64,000 bases of DNA from contig NC_045701.1 of the NCBI RefSeq assembly GCF_009834535.1, forward strand, positions 32,612,001 to 32,676,000, read 5' to 3'. Positions 52,008 to 63,967 of this stretch are shown piece by piece. Position 1 is the first letter of the stretch; the number at the start of each line of letters is the position of its first letter. This DNA is from Camelus ferus (lineage: Eukaryota). The translations under genes and the position numbers were made by a program. The notes under the pieces are model-generated. The model was not told where the DNA came from. It worked only from the letters and a program-made list of their open reading frames with translations, and did no database searches.

Positions 52008-52887
52008 TTTTTTTTTTTTTTTTTTTTTTTGAGTAAAGGTAGATTTATTTAGAGAGATACATACTACATAGAGTGTAGGCTGTTTCAAAAGCCAAGAGAA
52101 AGGCCATGAGGTGAGGGGGTTGGGTGCTCAGGTTAAAGTAAAAGTAGACACATACTCCATAAACAGAGTGAGGGCCATCTCTGAAAACAAAGAAGCGAGA
52201 GAGGCTGCGGGGCACAGCAGTGTTGCCAGTTTTTAATGGGCTCGATAGCTTCACATGCCAACAAGTGGGAGGACCATTCCTACTACCCTGGGAAAGGGGC
52301 TGGGATTCCCAGGAACTGGGCCACCACTCATTCTTTGACCTTTTATGGGCAGCCTGGAAGCTGTCATGGCGCCCGTGGGAGTGTCGTTTACCATTGCTAA
52401 TATTACAATGAGCATATAATGAAGCTCAAGGTCTACTGGAAGTCAAATCTCCCACCATCTTGATCCTCAAGACCTACTGGGAGTTGAGTCTTCCACCATT
52501 TTGGTGTTAACTGCTGTGTCATTCCTTGAATGGCTGTGCCCTGACCCCTTCCCTCCTGTCTCATTTTCCCCTCAGAGATTTTACTCCTATAATCTTACGG
52601 GTGTGCAGAGGGGTGACAGTCTGTCTTCCAAAACTACTTCCGGGCTGAGTAGGGGCATTGACCTTGCCTGGAAGGGAGTAAAAATCTCTTAATGCCTAAT
52701 CTAGGGGCCCCAGGGGCAGGACAGCCTTTTGTTTTTGCCTCAGATGGTGGTATGGCCTGGAACCCTCGCATAACCATCATGTGGGGCTGTTGTAACCCAC
52801 TGTTTCTATAGCAATGAATCTTCTTAAAGATGAAGCACCTTTGTAACAGCAGGTCAACTGTCTATGATGACAAAAGAATTAAAAGGC
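52008..52887 (-). mobile_element. L1-retroposed ERV 3' end: env tail, PPT, U3-R and poly(A)
   Basis: TSD ATGGAACCAGTC at 51996-52007 and 52888-52899; 23-nt poly(T) at 52008-52030; minus-strand AATAAA at 52044-52049; PPT-like AGGGGAAAA followed by TGAGACAGG (LTR start at 52563). Confidence 0.8.
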
Positions 52888-54197
52888 ATGGAACCAGTCC
52901 TTTTAAGTGAGGGAAAGGATGGGGGGGTTCTGGAAGAGGGCCCTCCCCATGAAACCCCAGTCATGGCCTGAATCCAAGCCAAAAACAGACTGCTGTCCTC
53001 TATAAATCATGATGCCACCTAACCCAAACCCAGAACCTAGCTACAGTGTCAATCCGCACTTCTATTAATCAAAAGTCTGCATTGTTCACAGAAGACAGAG
53101 AGATAGCCGACATTCTGGCCTCTTAATCTGAGCCCATTTCCCCCCTCCCAGCTTCCTTCCCCGCTTCTTCTGTATGACACAATTTATTCTTCTGTTCAAT
53201 TCTCCAGTCTAGACCTGCATCTGAGGCCACAACCCAGCCTACTCACTCCCCTCACCCATCTCTCCTCTCTTACTGCCCCTTCCTGGGCTCTCCTCTTCTC
53301 ATCCCACCCCTGAGGAGCCCTCCTCCCCACTGGGCTCTCCTGGGACACAAAGACTATCCCCTCCTCCTAATGAAGGGAGGTGGGTAGGAGTTTCAGCCCC
53401 ACCCTCAGGAAGACGTGTCTTCTCCCTCCGGTACTCTGTGGTACTTCCTCTCTGGCTGACTTAGCTGACAGTACCCAGATCCCAGGCCAGGCCCCTGGCT
53501 CCGACAGATCTGAGGATAGGCTACACCGCTGTACCTTCACCCTGGGATTGGCACCTACTTTGAACCAGTGTCCCGAAAAGCCTGTATGTAAGTATCCTGG
53601 GAGTAGAGGAGGTGGGGGTGGGGTGGGCAGGGTGCAGCCATAAGAGAAGGTCCAAAGGAATTTCCAAAGAAAGGCTGACTAGTGGTAAAAGGACTTGGGA
53701 GGATTTATTCTTGTCTCCTAGCCATGAAATCCTCCCCCATCCCTCTTATTCTTGGTGGACCCTGGACATCTCTGGGGCGAGTGGGTAGGTGATTGGAGGA
53801 AGTCAGTGGGACTGAGGGGGCTAAGGGCCTGGCAGGAGAGAAAAGGAGCTAACCTTTTGAGGGATGCAGCATTGGTAAGGAAAGCCCCTCATTTGGTTCC
53901 TAAGGGAAGGAGGCTGAAAGGATCTAGAAATACTGCTTCCTCTGTTGCTGTTTATTTTGTAACTGAGTCTGTGGGCAGGAAGGGGCCCTGTGGCCCAGTT
54001 AGGAAATTAATCTTTCTACTCAGATCCCCTTGAGACAGGTCAGTTGGCAGTGAGGAGGGCAGTAAACTGCAGAAGTGCATCTGATGCTGCTGATCTTGGA
54101 GAAAGACTAAACAGGCTAGGGGGTGTCCAGGCTGTCAGGAAACCCTTGATCCCTTACCCTCATGTACATGTCCACCCTCACTCTCCAGGTCTTTGCA

Positions 54198-55268
54198 ATG
54201 GCCACAAACATTACATCTTCTGCAGCACCCTCCTCGCCAGGTGTCATGTTCATCTCTCTACTGGCTATCATCTTACTGTCGGTGGCCCTGGCTGTGGGGC
54301 TTCCTGGCAACAGCTTTGTGGTGTGGAGCATCCTGGTAAAGATGCGAAAACGCTCTGTCACTGCCCTGCTGGTGCTGAACCTGGCTCTGGCCGATTTGGC
54401 CGTATTGCTTACTGGCCCCTTTTTCCTCCATTTCCTGACCCAAGGCACCTGGACTTTTGGACAGGCTGGCTGCCGCCTGCTCCACTATGTCTGCGGAGTC
54501 AGCATGTATGCCAGCGTCCTGCTTATAACGGCCATGAGTCTGGACCGCTCACTGGCGGTGGCCCTCCCCTTTGTGTCCCAGAAGCTTCGCACCAAGGCGG
54601 TTGCCTGGAGGGTGCTGGTAGGCATCTGGGTGGTATCTGTTCTGCTGGCCACGCCCGTCATCGCGTACCGCCAGGTGAACCTGGGACCCAACAATAGGAG
54701 CCTTATATGCTTTCCGAAGTACCCCAGCGAAAGACACAGGGCCTTCCATCTGTTCTTCGAGGTCTTCACGGGCTTCCTGTTGCCCTTCCTGGCCATAGTG
54801 GCCAGCTACTCCGACATCGGGCGGCGGCTGCAGGCCCGGCGCTTCCGCCGCAGCCGCCGCACCGGCCGCCTGGTGGTGCTCATCATCCTGGCCTTCGCCG
54901 CCTTCTGGCTGCCCTACCACGTGGTGAACCTGGCCCAGGCGGTCCGCGCGGTGGCGGGCAAGGTCGTGGAGGACGGGCCCGTGGGGCGGCGGCTGCACCT
55001 GGCCCGCCAAGTGCTCATCACGCTGGCTTTCCTGAGCAGCAGCGTGAACCCCGTGCTGTACGCGTGCGCCGGCGGCGGCCTGCTGCGCTCGGCCGGCGTG
55101 GGCTTCGTCGCCAAGCTGTTGGAGGGCACCGGCTCCGAGATGTCCAGCACCCGCCGCGGGGCCACACTGGTCCAGACGGTGAAGGGCGCCCCCACCCGTC
55201 CCGAGCCAGGCTCCGTGGAGAGCCTCACTGTCTCCACCAACCCTCTGGAGGGAAGCGAACCCAACTAG
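54198..55268 (+). CDS. LTB4R: Leukotriene B4 receptor 1 (BLT1), single coding exon, 356 aa
   Basis: Acceptor ctctccag|G at 54188/54189, then the ATG. Starts MATNITSSAAPSS; motifs GLPGN, LALAD, DRS, FWLPYH and NPVLY; C-tail LLEGTGSE. Confidence 0.97.
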   Translation: MATNITSSAAPSSPGVMFISLLAIILLSVALAVGLPGNSFVVWSILVKMRKRSVTALLVLNLALADLAVLLTGPFFLHFLTQGTWTFGQAGCRLLHYVCGVSMYASVLLITAMSLDRSLAVALPFVSQKLRTKAVAWRVLVGIWVVSVLLATPVIAYRQVNLGPNNRSLICFPKYPSERHRAFHLFFEVFTGFLLPFLAIVASYSDIGRRLQARRFRRSRRTGRLVVLIILAFAAFWLPYHVVNLAQAVRAVAGKVVEDGPVGRRLHLARQVLITLAFLSSSVNPVLYACAGGGLLRSAGVGFVAKLLEGTGSEMSSTRRGATLVQTVKGAPTRPEPGSVESLTVSTNPLEGSEPN

Positions 55269-55484
55269 ACCTGCAGGGTGGGGTGGGGGGTGGGGTGGGA
55301 GTGGGGTGGCGGTGGAAGGATGCTTGCTTTCCTCCTGGGGGAATGCCCCCACGCTGGCCTGACTCAATTCTGCACTCCCCCTTCCCCCAGGAGGAGAACG
55401 CCTGTCAGGGATGGAGCGGAAGAAAGGGAGGGGAGGGGCAAGTCAGGGCAGAGTGAGAGCCTGGCCCCTTTAGGCAGCTTTACA

Positions 55485-55490
55485 ATTAAA
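55485..55490 (+). terminator. Candidate LTB4R polyadenylation signal ATTAAA
   Basis: Variant hexamer about 217 nt after the stop codon. Confidence 0.45.
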
Positions 55491-56219
55491 ATTCGGTTCT
55501 GAAATGGGGTCAGCCCTGTGTGTGGGACTTGTGTATTATCTGATCCTGTTGTTGATCCTGGCTGCCCTTAAGGGGATCCTTCTCAATAGTTGAGGCATAT
55601 CTTTTAGTTTCCCATGATTTTCAGTTTGGAAGGGACACAAAGACAGACCTAGAAATCAGACCTCCTTCCCTCCCCTGCTGAGGCAGGTGGTCTGCACATC
55701 ATACTTAGAACAACACAGGTCTGCAGACAGCTGAAGGAGCTGGCCAAGGAAGACCACCCATGTGGGCTCCTCAGTCCAGATTCCCTGACTCAGCGGACCT
55801 TCTGAGAAAACAGCACTGCTGTGAGGTGTCTACCCTGAAGGCTGTGATAGGTATCCTTGTTAGCAGGACTCCAACTTTCTGCCAGTAATCTTTGTCTTTT
55901 CAGTGAGAGTGTCCTAGGGGATAGGGATTGCCTTCCTTCCCTCCATCTCCCAAGAGGCCTCACTTGAGAACCAAGTAATCAGATCTTATCCCCTAGAATT
56001 CTGCACATCAGCATTCTGCCAGCCCCTAAAAACAGACTATGGTGTAAGCTGGAGCTGAGGGCTCTCTGTGATGTGGTTACCCTTAGGAAACGCAGATTTG
56101 CAAGAGTGAGAAGGATGTCAGTCTTTCCTAGGGATGACTGCTGTCTTAGAAGGCCTTGGGCTGGCTGTGTTCTGGCAGCATTTTAGGAAGTAGCAGCAGT
56201 GTACTTTTGAATCTCTCCC

Positions 56220-56255
<36 letters not shown>

Positions 56256-56622
56256 CACTACGAGAAAAGCCAAAAATCCATGTGCAACATCTGCAACAAA
56301 TCTGGGGTGTCAAGATATTCCCCATGGACCCCGAAATATGAACAGGTGGCAATGAACCATGGATGCATCAAGACCCGTGTAATATCAGCATCTGTGCAGA
56401 AGGATGCAGAAGAAGACAAGGGGGCATCTGAGGGACCTGAGAACAGGAGACCCCCCAAGCTGTCTACAGGCCCTTGCTGGAAACATGGTGGATCAATCTG
56501 AGAACAGCAGCTGAAATGGGAAAGGACCTAACAGATTATTTCCCAGGCCTCCTGCCCATGTTACGTAGTAAGTACATAATAGGTACTTATTTAGTGTTTG
56601 TTGAATAAGTAAAGATCAAATG

Positions 56623-56755
56623 GGTGGGTAAGAATATAGCTCAGTGGTAGAATGTGTGCTTAGCATGCATGTGGTCCTGGGTTCCATCCCCAGTACCTAC
56701 ATTAAAAACAAACAAATAAATAAAGCTAATTACCTACACCACCCTTCTGCAAAAA

Positions 56756-56798
<43 letters not shown>

Positions 56799-56833
56799 GT
56801 AAATAAATATAAAAGAGAGAGAGAGAGAGAGCA
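56623..56833 (+). mobile_element. vic-1-like SINE, long form, with (TAAA)n and (GA)n tail
   Basis: A box TAGCTCAGTGG; TSD ATCAAATG at 56615-56622 and 56834-56841. Confidence 0.85.
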
Positions 56834-57176
56834 ATCAAATGACATTTTCCTGGAGATTCTTTCCAATATTTGTGGGTGGGGAACAGGAAAGGACAAATCT
56901 TTGTTTTGAGTCATGTGACTAAAATTGTTTATACTTCCAAGGGCACAAAACACTGGAATCAGGTTGACAGCCAGGTAGGGAGGCCAAGGCAGTCCTCTTC
57001 CTGAGCTTGTGAAAAAGAATCACTCTTTTCTAACACACTCATGCTCATACTTGTACACACATGAACACTCAGCTGGCCTGGGAAGAAGCCATCCTGCTGA
57101 GAGGTGAGGAGAAGATGATCCCCAGCTACACTAGCAGCTTCTGACATCAATTCTAACCCAGCCATACAGGAGTGTC

Positions 57177-57182
57177 TTTATT
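57177..57182 (-). terminator. ADCY4 polyadenylation signal AATAAA
   Basis: TTTATT on the + strand, about 42 nt beyond the stop codon. Confidence 0.8.
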
Positions 57183-57223
57183 AAGGATCTTACAGGTGGA
57201 GAGGAGGGGGTGGGGTTCTCAGC

Positions 57224-60200
57224 CTAGAGTGACGAGGGAGGTCCAGCTCGAGTCAAATCTGTGTTCAGGAAGTAGGTGCAGAGCTGCCCTTTGCCTTTGA
57301 CCTTGATGATGCCCCGGCTGTAGCAGGTATAGCCTAAGGACTGCAGGGCCCCAGCTGTCTCTTCAGTCACCTGCAATTGGAGAGGTGTGAGGGCGTGTGG
57401 CCGTGGCCCCATCTTATCGCCCGACCCCTATGCCCCCCATGTGACTTCCTTACTTGGATCTTTCCCAGTACGCCTGTACTCTCCATGCGGCTGGCCACGT
57501 TCACTGTGTTGCCCCAGATGTCATATTGTGGCTTCTGGGCCCCAATCACTCCGGCTACCACAGGTCCATGGTTTAACCCTGACAAGAGGTGTGGTAAAGA
57601 GGGGCCCTGAGGGGGAGGAATTTGAGAAAGGAGAGGGGAAGAGGAAGATCAAGAAACTAAGGTGAAGAGCTTAAGGGGTTTAGAGGGAAGGAGGAGGAGC
57701 CAGAGGAGTGCGGCTTAGGGAAGGAAGTGGGTGGGCATCGCAGCTCGGGCCCAGCAGCTTCATGCTCTGTCCCAAGGGGTGAGTCGGGAGGGGGCCCCCC
57801 GGGGTGAGCGTGGGAGCCACTAACAGAGGACTTGGAGGAGGGAAGGTTTGGGAAGGTGAGGAGGAGGTCCCAGACTGCCCCAGCAAGGGAGACCTCACCC
57901 ACACGCAAGCGGAAGTTGTTGAATGAGTGCTTGTTGATGACGTCCAGCTTAGATCCAAGGGCCACGGCAAACTCCACCATGGTGCCAAGGTGGCTGCAGC
58001 TCCGCTCAGAATCCTGGCAATGGGCCGGCCCACCAGGGTGGGTCAGTGAGGGCACAGGAGTAAGGCCCACTTACGGGCCCACCAAGGAGAGCCAGGCGAG
58101 AGTTGGGAGGTAAGGAAGGGATGCTGTACCTGCTGTGAGTCCTGTCCAGAGGTGGCATTTAAGCCTGTAGCTGCCATGTAGGTGCTGCCGATGGTTTTGA
58201 TTTTCTCTACTCCACTGAACTTGGGCTTGGAGAGCAGCTGTATAGAAAGTAGGTTGTGTCCCCAGTCTCTATTCCCCTTTTCCCCCCTTTTCCCAGAAGC
58301 CCAGCCCCAGGCTTTTGGAGGCTGAAGGACCAATTGTGGGGTCAGGGGTGGTGGCAGGAGGAGAGTGGGCAGCGTTGCTGGGGAGGGCAGAGCTGGGTGT
58401 CAGGGGAGAAGCAGGAGGGCTGGGGAGAGGAGGACAGGCCTCATGGCCAGGAGAGCAAAGTGAAAGGACGGACTGGTGGGACTTGCTAGAATCCAGGACA
58501 TAGGGCCTGGGGGACCCTTGGAGTTATCACCTCATCAAAATCAGCAATTATCTCATTGAGCAGCCGCAGACACTCTAGCCCCTCATGGTTGATGTTGGAT
58601 TCAGAGTAAAACTCCTTAAAGTCTGGGACTGAGGCGAAGAGGACGCAAACACACTCGTAGGACTGGTGGTAGAGGTCCTGGGAGGGCGGAAGGCGGGGGT
58701 GAGGGGCTATGTTCTTCCCCCTTTGGGGTCTACACGGGCTTTCCTCCCTGTGTCTACACTCCTCCCCCTCAGTTTAAGAAGGATTGGGAAGGAGGGAGAA
58801 GGGTAGAGCTAGGTTACCCCAGGGATGTGACTCAGGAGTTAAAGACTGGGTCCATTGAGATTCCAGGAGAGACAGAGATTCTGGGTCAGGATCACCAAAC
58901 AGCAACGTGAAGGGCGTCTTTTTTGGAACTTGGATCATGTCAATGGGAATTACCTTTACATCCTATCTCATTGCTGAAATGTGTTGTTACTTAAATCAGC
59001 TTACAAAGATAGTTACAATTTGGAAGATAAAGCAATAGTAGGGAAAAGGGACAGAGGGAAATAAGGAAAAGATGATAAAGACAGAGTCAAGTCTAGGTTG
59101 GTTCACACAATCCCTTGTTAGTCCTGGATTCTGGCTCTGAGCTTTCTGGTAGCCAATGTGAAGACAGAAACGGGATCAATTACCAGGTAAGTTACCAGTT
59201 ACCAGTTACCAAATAAGATGGTGCAGATATGTGAGTGACCTTCTGTTGGTTTGACTATAGCAAGATACTTGAGGATCTAAATTAGCATCATCCGATAGAA
59301 GTTTGTGTGGTGAAGGAAATGTTCTATCATATGTGCTATCCAATATGGTGGCCACTAGCCACAAGCAGCTGTTGAACACTTGAAATATGGCCAGTGTGAC
59401 CAAGGAACAGAATTTTCTATTTTAATTGGTTTAAATTTATTTATTTATGCTTTTTTGGGGGGGTAATTACGTTTATTATTTATTTTTAGAGAAGGTGCTG
59501 GGGATTGAACCCAGGACCTCACGCATGCCAAGCATGCACTCTACCACTTGAACTTTACCCTCCCCGCTTAAATTTAAATTTAAATGGCCACACAAGGCTA
59601 ATGGCTACCTTACTGGATAATGCAGGGCTAGAGAGATGGATGGACTGTCCTTCACATAGTCCCCATTGACACTCTGAAGGCTCTACAGTGGCCATGAATT
59701 GGAGTGCTCTTTCCAAGTGAGAAATTGCAAAGCAGGGATTCTGTGTTCACTAAAGACAGACCCTAAGATCTTGTGAAAATGGGGGTATCCGCCAGGCTTG
59801 GGTGGCCCCCCCGACCCACTGTGTGGGAGTCCAGAGAGAATGGGCTAAGGGCCAAGGCTTTTATCCAGAATTAGTCCCTATGGCATCTGGGGCTCAGAGC
59901 TGAAAGTGGGGAGTCACCNNNNNNNNNNNNNNNNNNNNNNNNNNNNNNNNNNNNNNNNNNNNNNNNNNNNNNNNNNNNNNNNNNNNNNNNNNNNNNNNNN
60001 NNNNNNNNNNNNNNNNNNNNNNNNNNNNNNNNNNNNNNNNNNNNNNNNNNNNNNNNNNNNNNNNNNNNNNNNNNTTCTGGGGAGGGTCACCAGGGGGCCA
60101 TGGGGAGACACGGTGCAGGGGAAGCCTCAGCTCCTGAGTGTTCACCCCCAACTCCATGGTGCTTAGAACCACATCACCACCACCCCCAGTTCAGAGATAA

Positions 60201-63200
60201 GGCTAAAGGTACAACGATCCCAGGGGAGATATGTTGCAACAAGATTCAAACTAGAGTGGACAAACTGGCAGCAGATCTTTTCTTAAGCATGTTTTCCTAG
60301 ATTGGGAGTGGGAGGGAGAAGGGGAGGGGAGAACTTGAGGGCACTCCCTTTGGGGAGTGAAGGGGAAAGAAAGGTTCACTTAGAAGCTTTCAGTGGACAC
60401 ACCATTTGGACTCAACCCTGGAGATGTGAGATTAAGGGAAAGGAGACCAAGTCACATATGTGGGGATTCTTGCCTCACCCTTCACAGGGAGGCCCTGGAG
60501 GGCTGAGCTGGGTGACTTACCTGCCGAGCCAGGACGAGGAGGGTGAAGAAGAAGATAAAGAAACAGATCGCTCCCATCAGTTTGGGCTCCTTCAGCACCC
60601 CTGGCCTGAGGAGGCCACAGATCAGGGCGGCCCCTTGTGCTACCACTTCCCCATGGCCTCCCCCTGCCCCCGCCCACCTTGGGCACCAGTGCCCATGTAG
60701 CCCTCGGCCTCCTTCTTCCTTCACCCTGTTGGTGGTTCAGGTGGTGAGGTGAGGACAGTTCAGCTCTGTCCTGTCCCAGCCCCATCCCGGAGGGCCTGGG
60801 CCCCTCCGTGCAGCTGCTGTGCGCACCTGGAGTCCAAGGGGCCCGGATAGAGGCGGGCGACGAGGCAGTCGGACAGCCACGCGTGGGAGTGCAGGAAGAC
60901 GGAGCAGGAGGCCACCAGCCACAGCAGGAGCAACAGCAGCTTCAGTTCGAAGCTCATGTGCAGGAAGAGGGAGCAGGAGAGGAGCCCCAGCACGCAGCAG
61001 TGCATGGAGTACTGGGGGACCAGGCAGGGTAGTCAGGAGGTGGGGCATGTTCCAGCGGCAGGGGCAGGGGACACCCCAGGGCTCCTGTCCTGCCCCTCCC
61101 AGGGCCCCGTCCTATTAGGGGGGCCGGGGGTGTCACCACACATATACCAAGTGTGAGTTATGTCCATCCCAGGCCACAGGATGGAGTGTTCAACTAAGGA
61201 GGTGGGGGAGGGGGCCAAGAAAGGCTCTGAAGAAGGAGATTCAGGGCAGTGAAGGACACTCACTGGGACACTGATGAGAGGCAGGGACCCAGGGAGCTCC
61301 CAGGAGAAGTTGAAAGCCACGGAGGACACATTGGGAGCCCGGAAAGGGCAGTTCGATGCTGCCGGTAGGAAGACCTGCCGAACGAGATGGGGTGCTGCAG
61401 CAGGCAGGCAGCTCCTTGGGCACAATGGTGGCTGGTGCTGAGTTTCAGCTGACCCAGGGATGAGTCGGGGCCAGACTCCCCCAGAGGGGCAGATTCTGCT
61501 ATTTCTGGTTGGTGAGGGGGCCTCAGCACTGGGGTCTTTGTTGGGGGACAGGGATTAGAGGAGTAGGTGTCATGAGCATTAGTCTGTCACGGATCCACTG
61601 TGTGATCTTTTGCCAGCCACTTAACCTCTCTGGGCCTCAGCTTCCTCTTCTGTAACTTGGCTGGAGGATGATTCCTAAGATGCCTTTCAGGGGTAGAATT
61701 CTAGGAATGGTTCTAAGGTCTGAAAAATCAGCCAAACTCAGCTTACAAAATCAGAGTAAGTAAACTAAGGGATGAAGATCTGTGCACATAGGGAAAAAAT
61801 AGGAAAGATTTCCACCAAAGTGTTTTTAACAAGGAGCATCTACCGGGTGGTAGACTGTCAGTGGCTGTGATTTTTTTTTTATACTTGTCCAACATTGCCA
61901 GCATCCCCTGGTCTTAGTCTAGTTATCCTCCCAAACCCAGGGGTCCCCTTTCAGCCTCTGGCAGGTCCAGCACGCCCTAACAGGGATCCACAGGGCCCCC
62001 TCTCCCTCACCAGGCTGGTAATGGCCATAGCAAAGACGAGCAGGATTGTGGCAGTGCCCAGGGCGACTCGCAGTCCGGGCTGTGTGGCCACCAGGACAGA
62101 GAGCGTGGGCAGCCAGTGCAGCATCTTGGGGCCTTTCAAGACACACTTCTGTGGAAGGAGCATGAGAGTTGTAGCCGTGGGACTGGGGCACCCACTGCAG
62201 GCCAGGTTGTGGTTAGGGCCCCAGCTCGCCACTCTGCCCCCAAAGCCCACCTCACCGTCAGGTGCTCTGAGAAGCAGACGAAGAGGAGGAGGAAGAAGAG
62301 GAGGAAGGTGATGCTATAGGTGATGGCCAGAGCTGGGGGCCTAAAGGGAGACAAGAGTGAGGCCTTGAGGAGCTAGAATAGGCTTCCTGTGTGCTGGGAG
62401 GGTGCCGTGCAATCTGGTCGAGAAACATGGAGAGAAGTGATCCTGGGGATTTGAACCTGCTGCTGATGGGGTCTGGGCTGATGAAAGACATTACGTGCTG
62501 ATGATCTGGGGAAGCGGAGAGGCCTAGGGCAGAGTTGGGATGAGGGAGGGACAATAGTGGGAGTGGGCAGGGGGCTCACAGGAGTGGCCGAGGCTGCATC
62601 GGACTGGTCTCTGAGCCTGCGGGCCGAAGCTCTTTCATGTGGCTGAGTTCTGAGCAAGACTACCCACCCCTCCACCGCCTCCTAGCAGTGGACTGGAAGC
62701 GAGGACCTACTTTCTAAGCTCATTTGCTGTGAGATTTGGGCTTCTCAATTGGAACAAAATCTCCTTTGTGGGAATGCTGTTAGAATCGAGAGACAGGCAT
62801 GTGAAAATATTTGGTTTATGTAGAAATCCTACAGGATGTAAGACAGTAAGACATGAGGGTTATGATTACCGGTTCCCCAAAACACGTATTTCCATTTCCT
62901 CTGTGGCTCAGTGCCCTAAGCCAAGGGGAAGTGGTCAGAGAAAGAAAGTGTCAGTCAGGGTTCTGGAAGAGCCATGGGGGTCTGTTTTGAAGAATCAGGG
63001 CTTCCCTTGCCTAAGACTCTCTCACCTGTTTGTTACCAGCATCTGGATGATGAAGTTGGAGAGAAAAACCAGGAAGGTGCAAGCTGCATAGTACTTGAAG
63101 GCGGGGAGTGCAGAGAGCCGATACTGGAAGGGAGAGGGTTGGATGGAGACGGGGCACTGGTGCTGCCTGTCACCTTGAGGGTGTCAATTCCAGGCAAGGA

Positions 63201-63967
63201 GTGGGTCCCCCAGCCTCACTGTCCCACCCTCCAGTTCCTTCCTAGGTGGCTCCTACCAGTTCTCCAAGGAGCTGCCCTCCTTCCTCCCATCACCACCCTG
63301 TAATTCAATTGATAGGGTGACTTTCCTTTTGGAGAGAGGCACCAGCCCTTTATTCACACCAGGATCACAAACTGAGCAGACCTGGGGAGGGGAGGTGGGA
63401 CCCCCAGGGCCTGCCGCCAGCTCCAGCCTACCTCTTTCTCCATCTCCTTCTCTCTGAAGTACAGTGTCAGAGGGTTGAAGTCCTTTGACTGTTTCCACTG
63501 TCTGGTGGGAGGTGGGAGCAGGAAGCCCCAAAGAGGAAAGGGCAGGGAGGAGGGCATGATCAGGTGAGTCTTTCAGTGAGCTGGAGCTGGGAAGACCCTC
63601 CCTTCCCTACAGGTTCTCAGGGGAGCACCTCCCTCCTCTACCACCTGAGTCCAGGCCCTCCAGCCCTCCCAGCCCTCTCAGCCCTCTTCTGTTTGCCATA
63701 CTTCTGAGAGTTGAGCTGTTCGATGACCTGGAAGAACTTGGCATCCCCAGTGTCCAGTTCATCATCCAGTCCCCGGGGGGTACGGCTCCTGCGCAGTGAG
63801 AGCCCAGCCTGTCACTGAGAAGACCCTCAAAAGCATATGGGCAAAGCAGGAGCATCCCCCCAGGAAGGACGGAGGTAGATCACCCGGACAGCCCCACTGT
63901 CAGAGTTGCTCAGGCCTCCTTACCGGTCCAGGCTCCACTGGGGGCTGAAGGAAGACAGGGCCCTCTC
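57224..63967 (-). CDS. ADCY4: Adenylate cyclase 4, last 15 coding exons (gene continues beyond the right edge)
   Basis: Exons: 63967-63924, 63788-63702, 63501-63432, 63123-63026, 62340-62256, 62148-62011, 61374-61264, 61011-60827, 60605-60521, [60075-59918, mostly N], 58677-58531, 58237-58130, 58013-57899, 57578-57454, 57370-57224. C2 motifs [14 protein letters not shown] and [16 protein letters not shown] are present. Confidence 0.96.
59290..59625. mobile_element. MER3-like DNA transposon interrupted by a vic-1-like SINE
   Basis: 'tccaatatggtggccactagccac...aaatggccacacaaggctaatggctacc' flanks the SINE on both sides. Confidence 0.7.
59440..59567 (-). mobile_element. vic-1-like SINE, long form
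   Basis: tRNA-like head on the minus strand; TSD TTAAATTTA at 59431-59439 and 59568-59576. Confidence 0.85.
59919..60073. other. Assembly gap (155 N) covering an ADCY4 exon
   Basis: N run flanked by acceptor ccccag|AA on one side and G|gtgact donor on the other (minus strand). Confidence 0.95.

Noticed and set aside
54162-54197. In-frame upstream ATGs (MYM...) extending LTB4R to 368 aa
   Set aside because: They lie upstream of the acceptor ctctccag at 54188, in the intron. The MAT N-terminus is also unlikely to be novel, since I recall that mouse BLT1 starts MAANTTS.
56223-56251. Isolated 29-nt poly(A) as an orphan retroposition
   Set aside because: I could not find a TSD, an upstream poly(A) signal or an element body. 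It is treated as a simple mononucleotide run.
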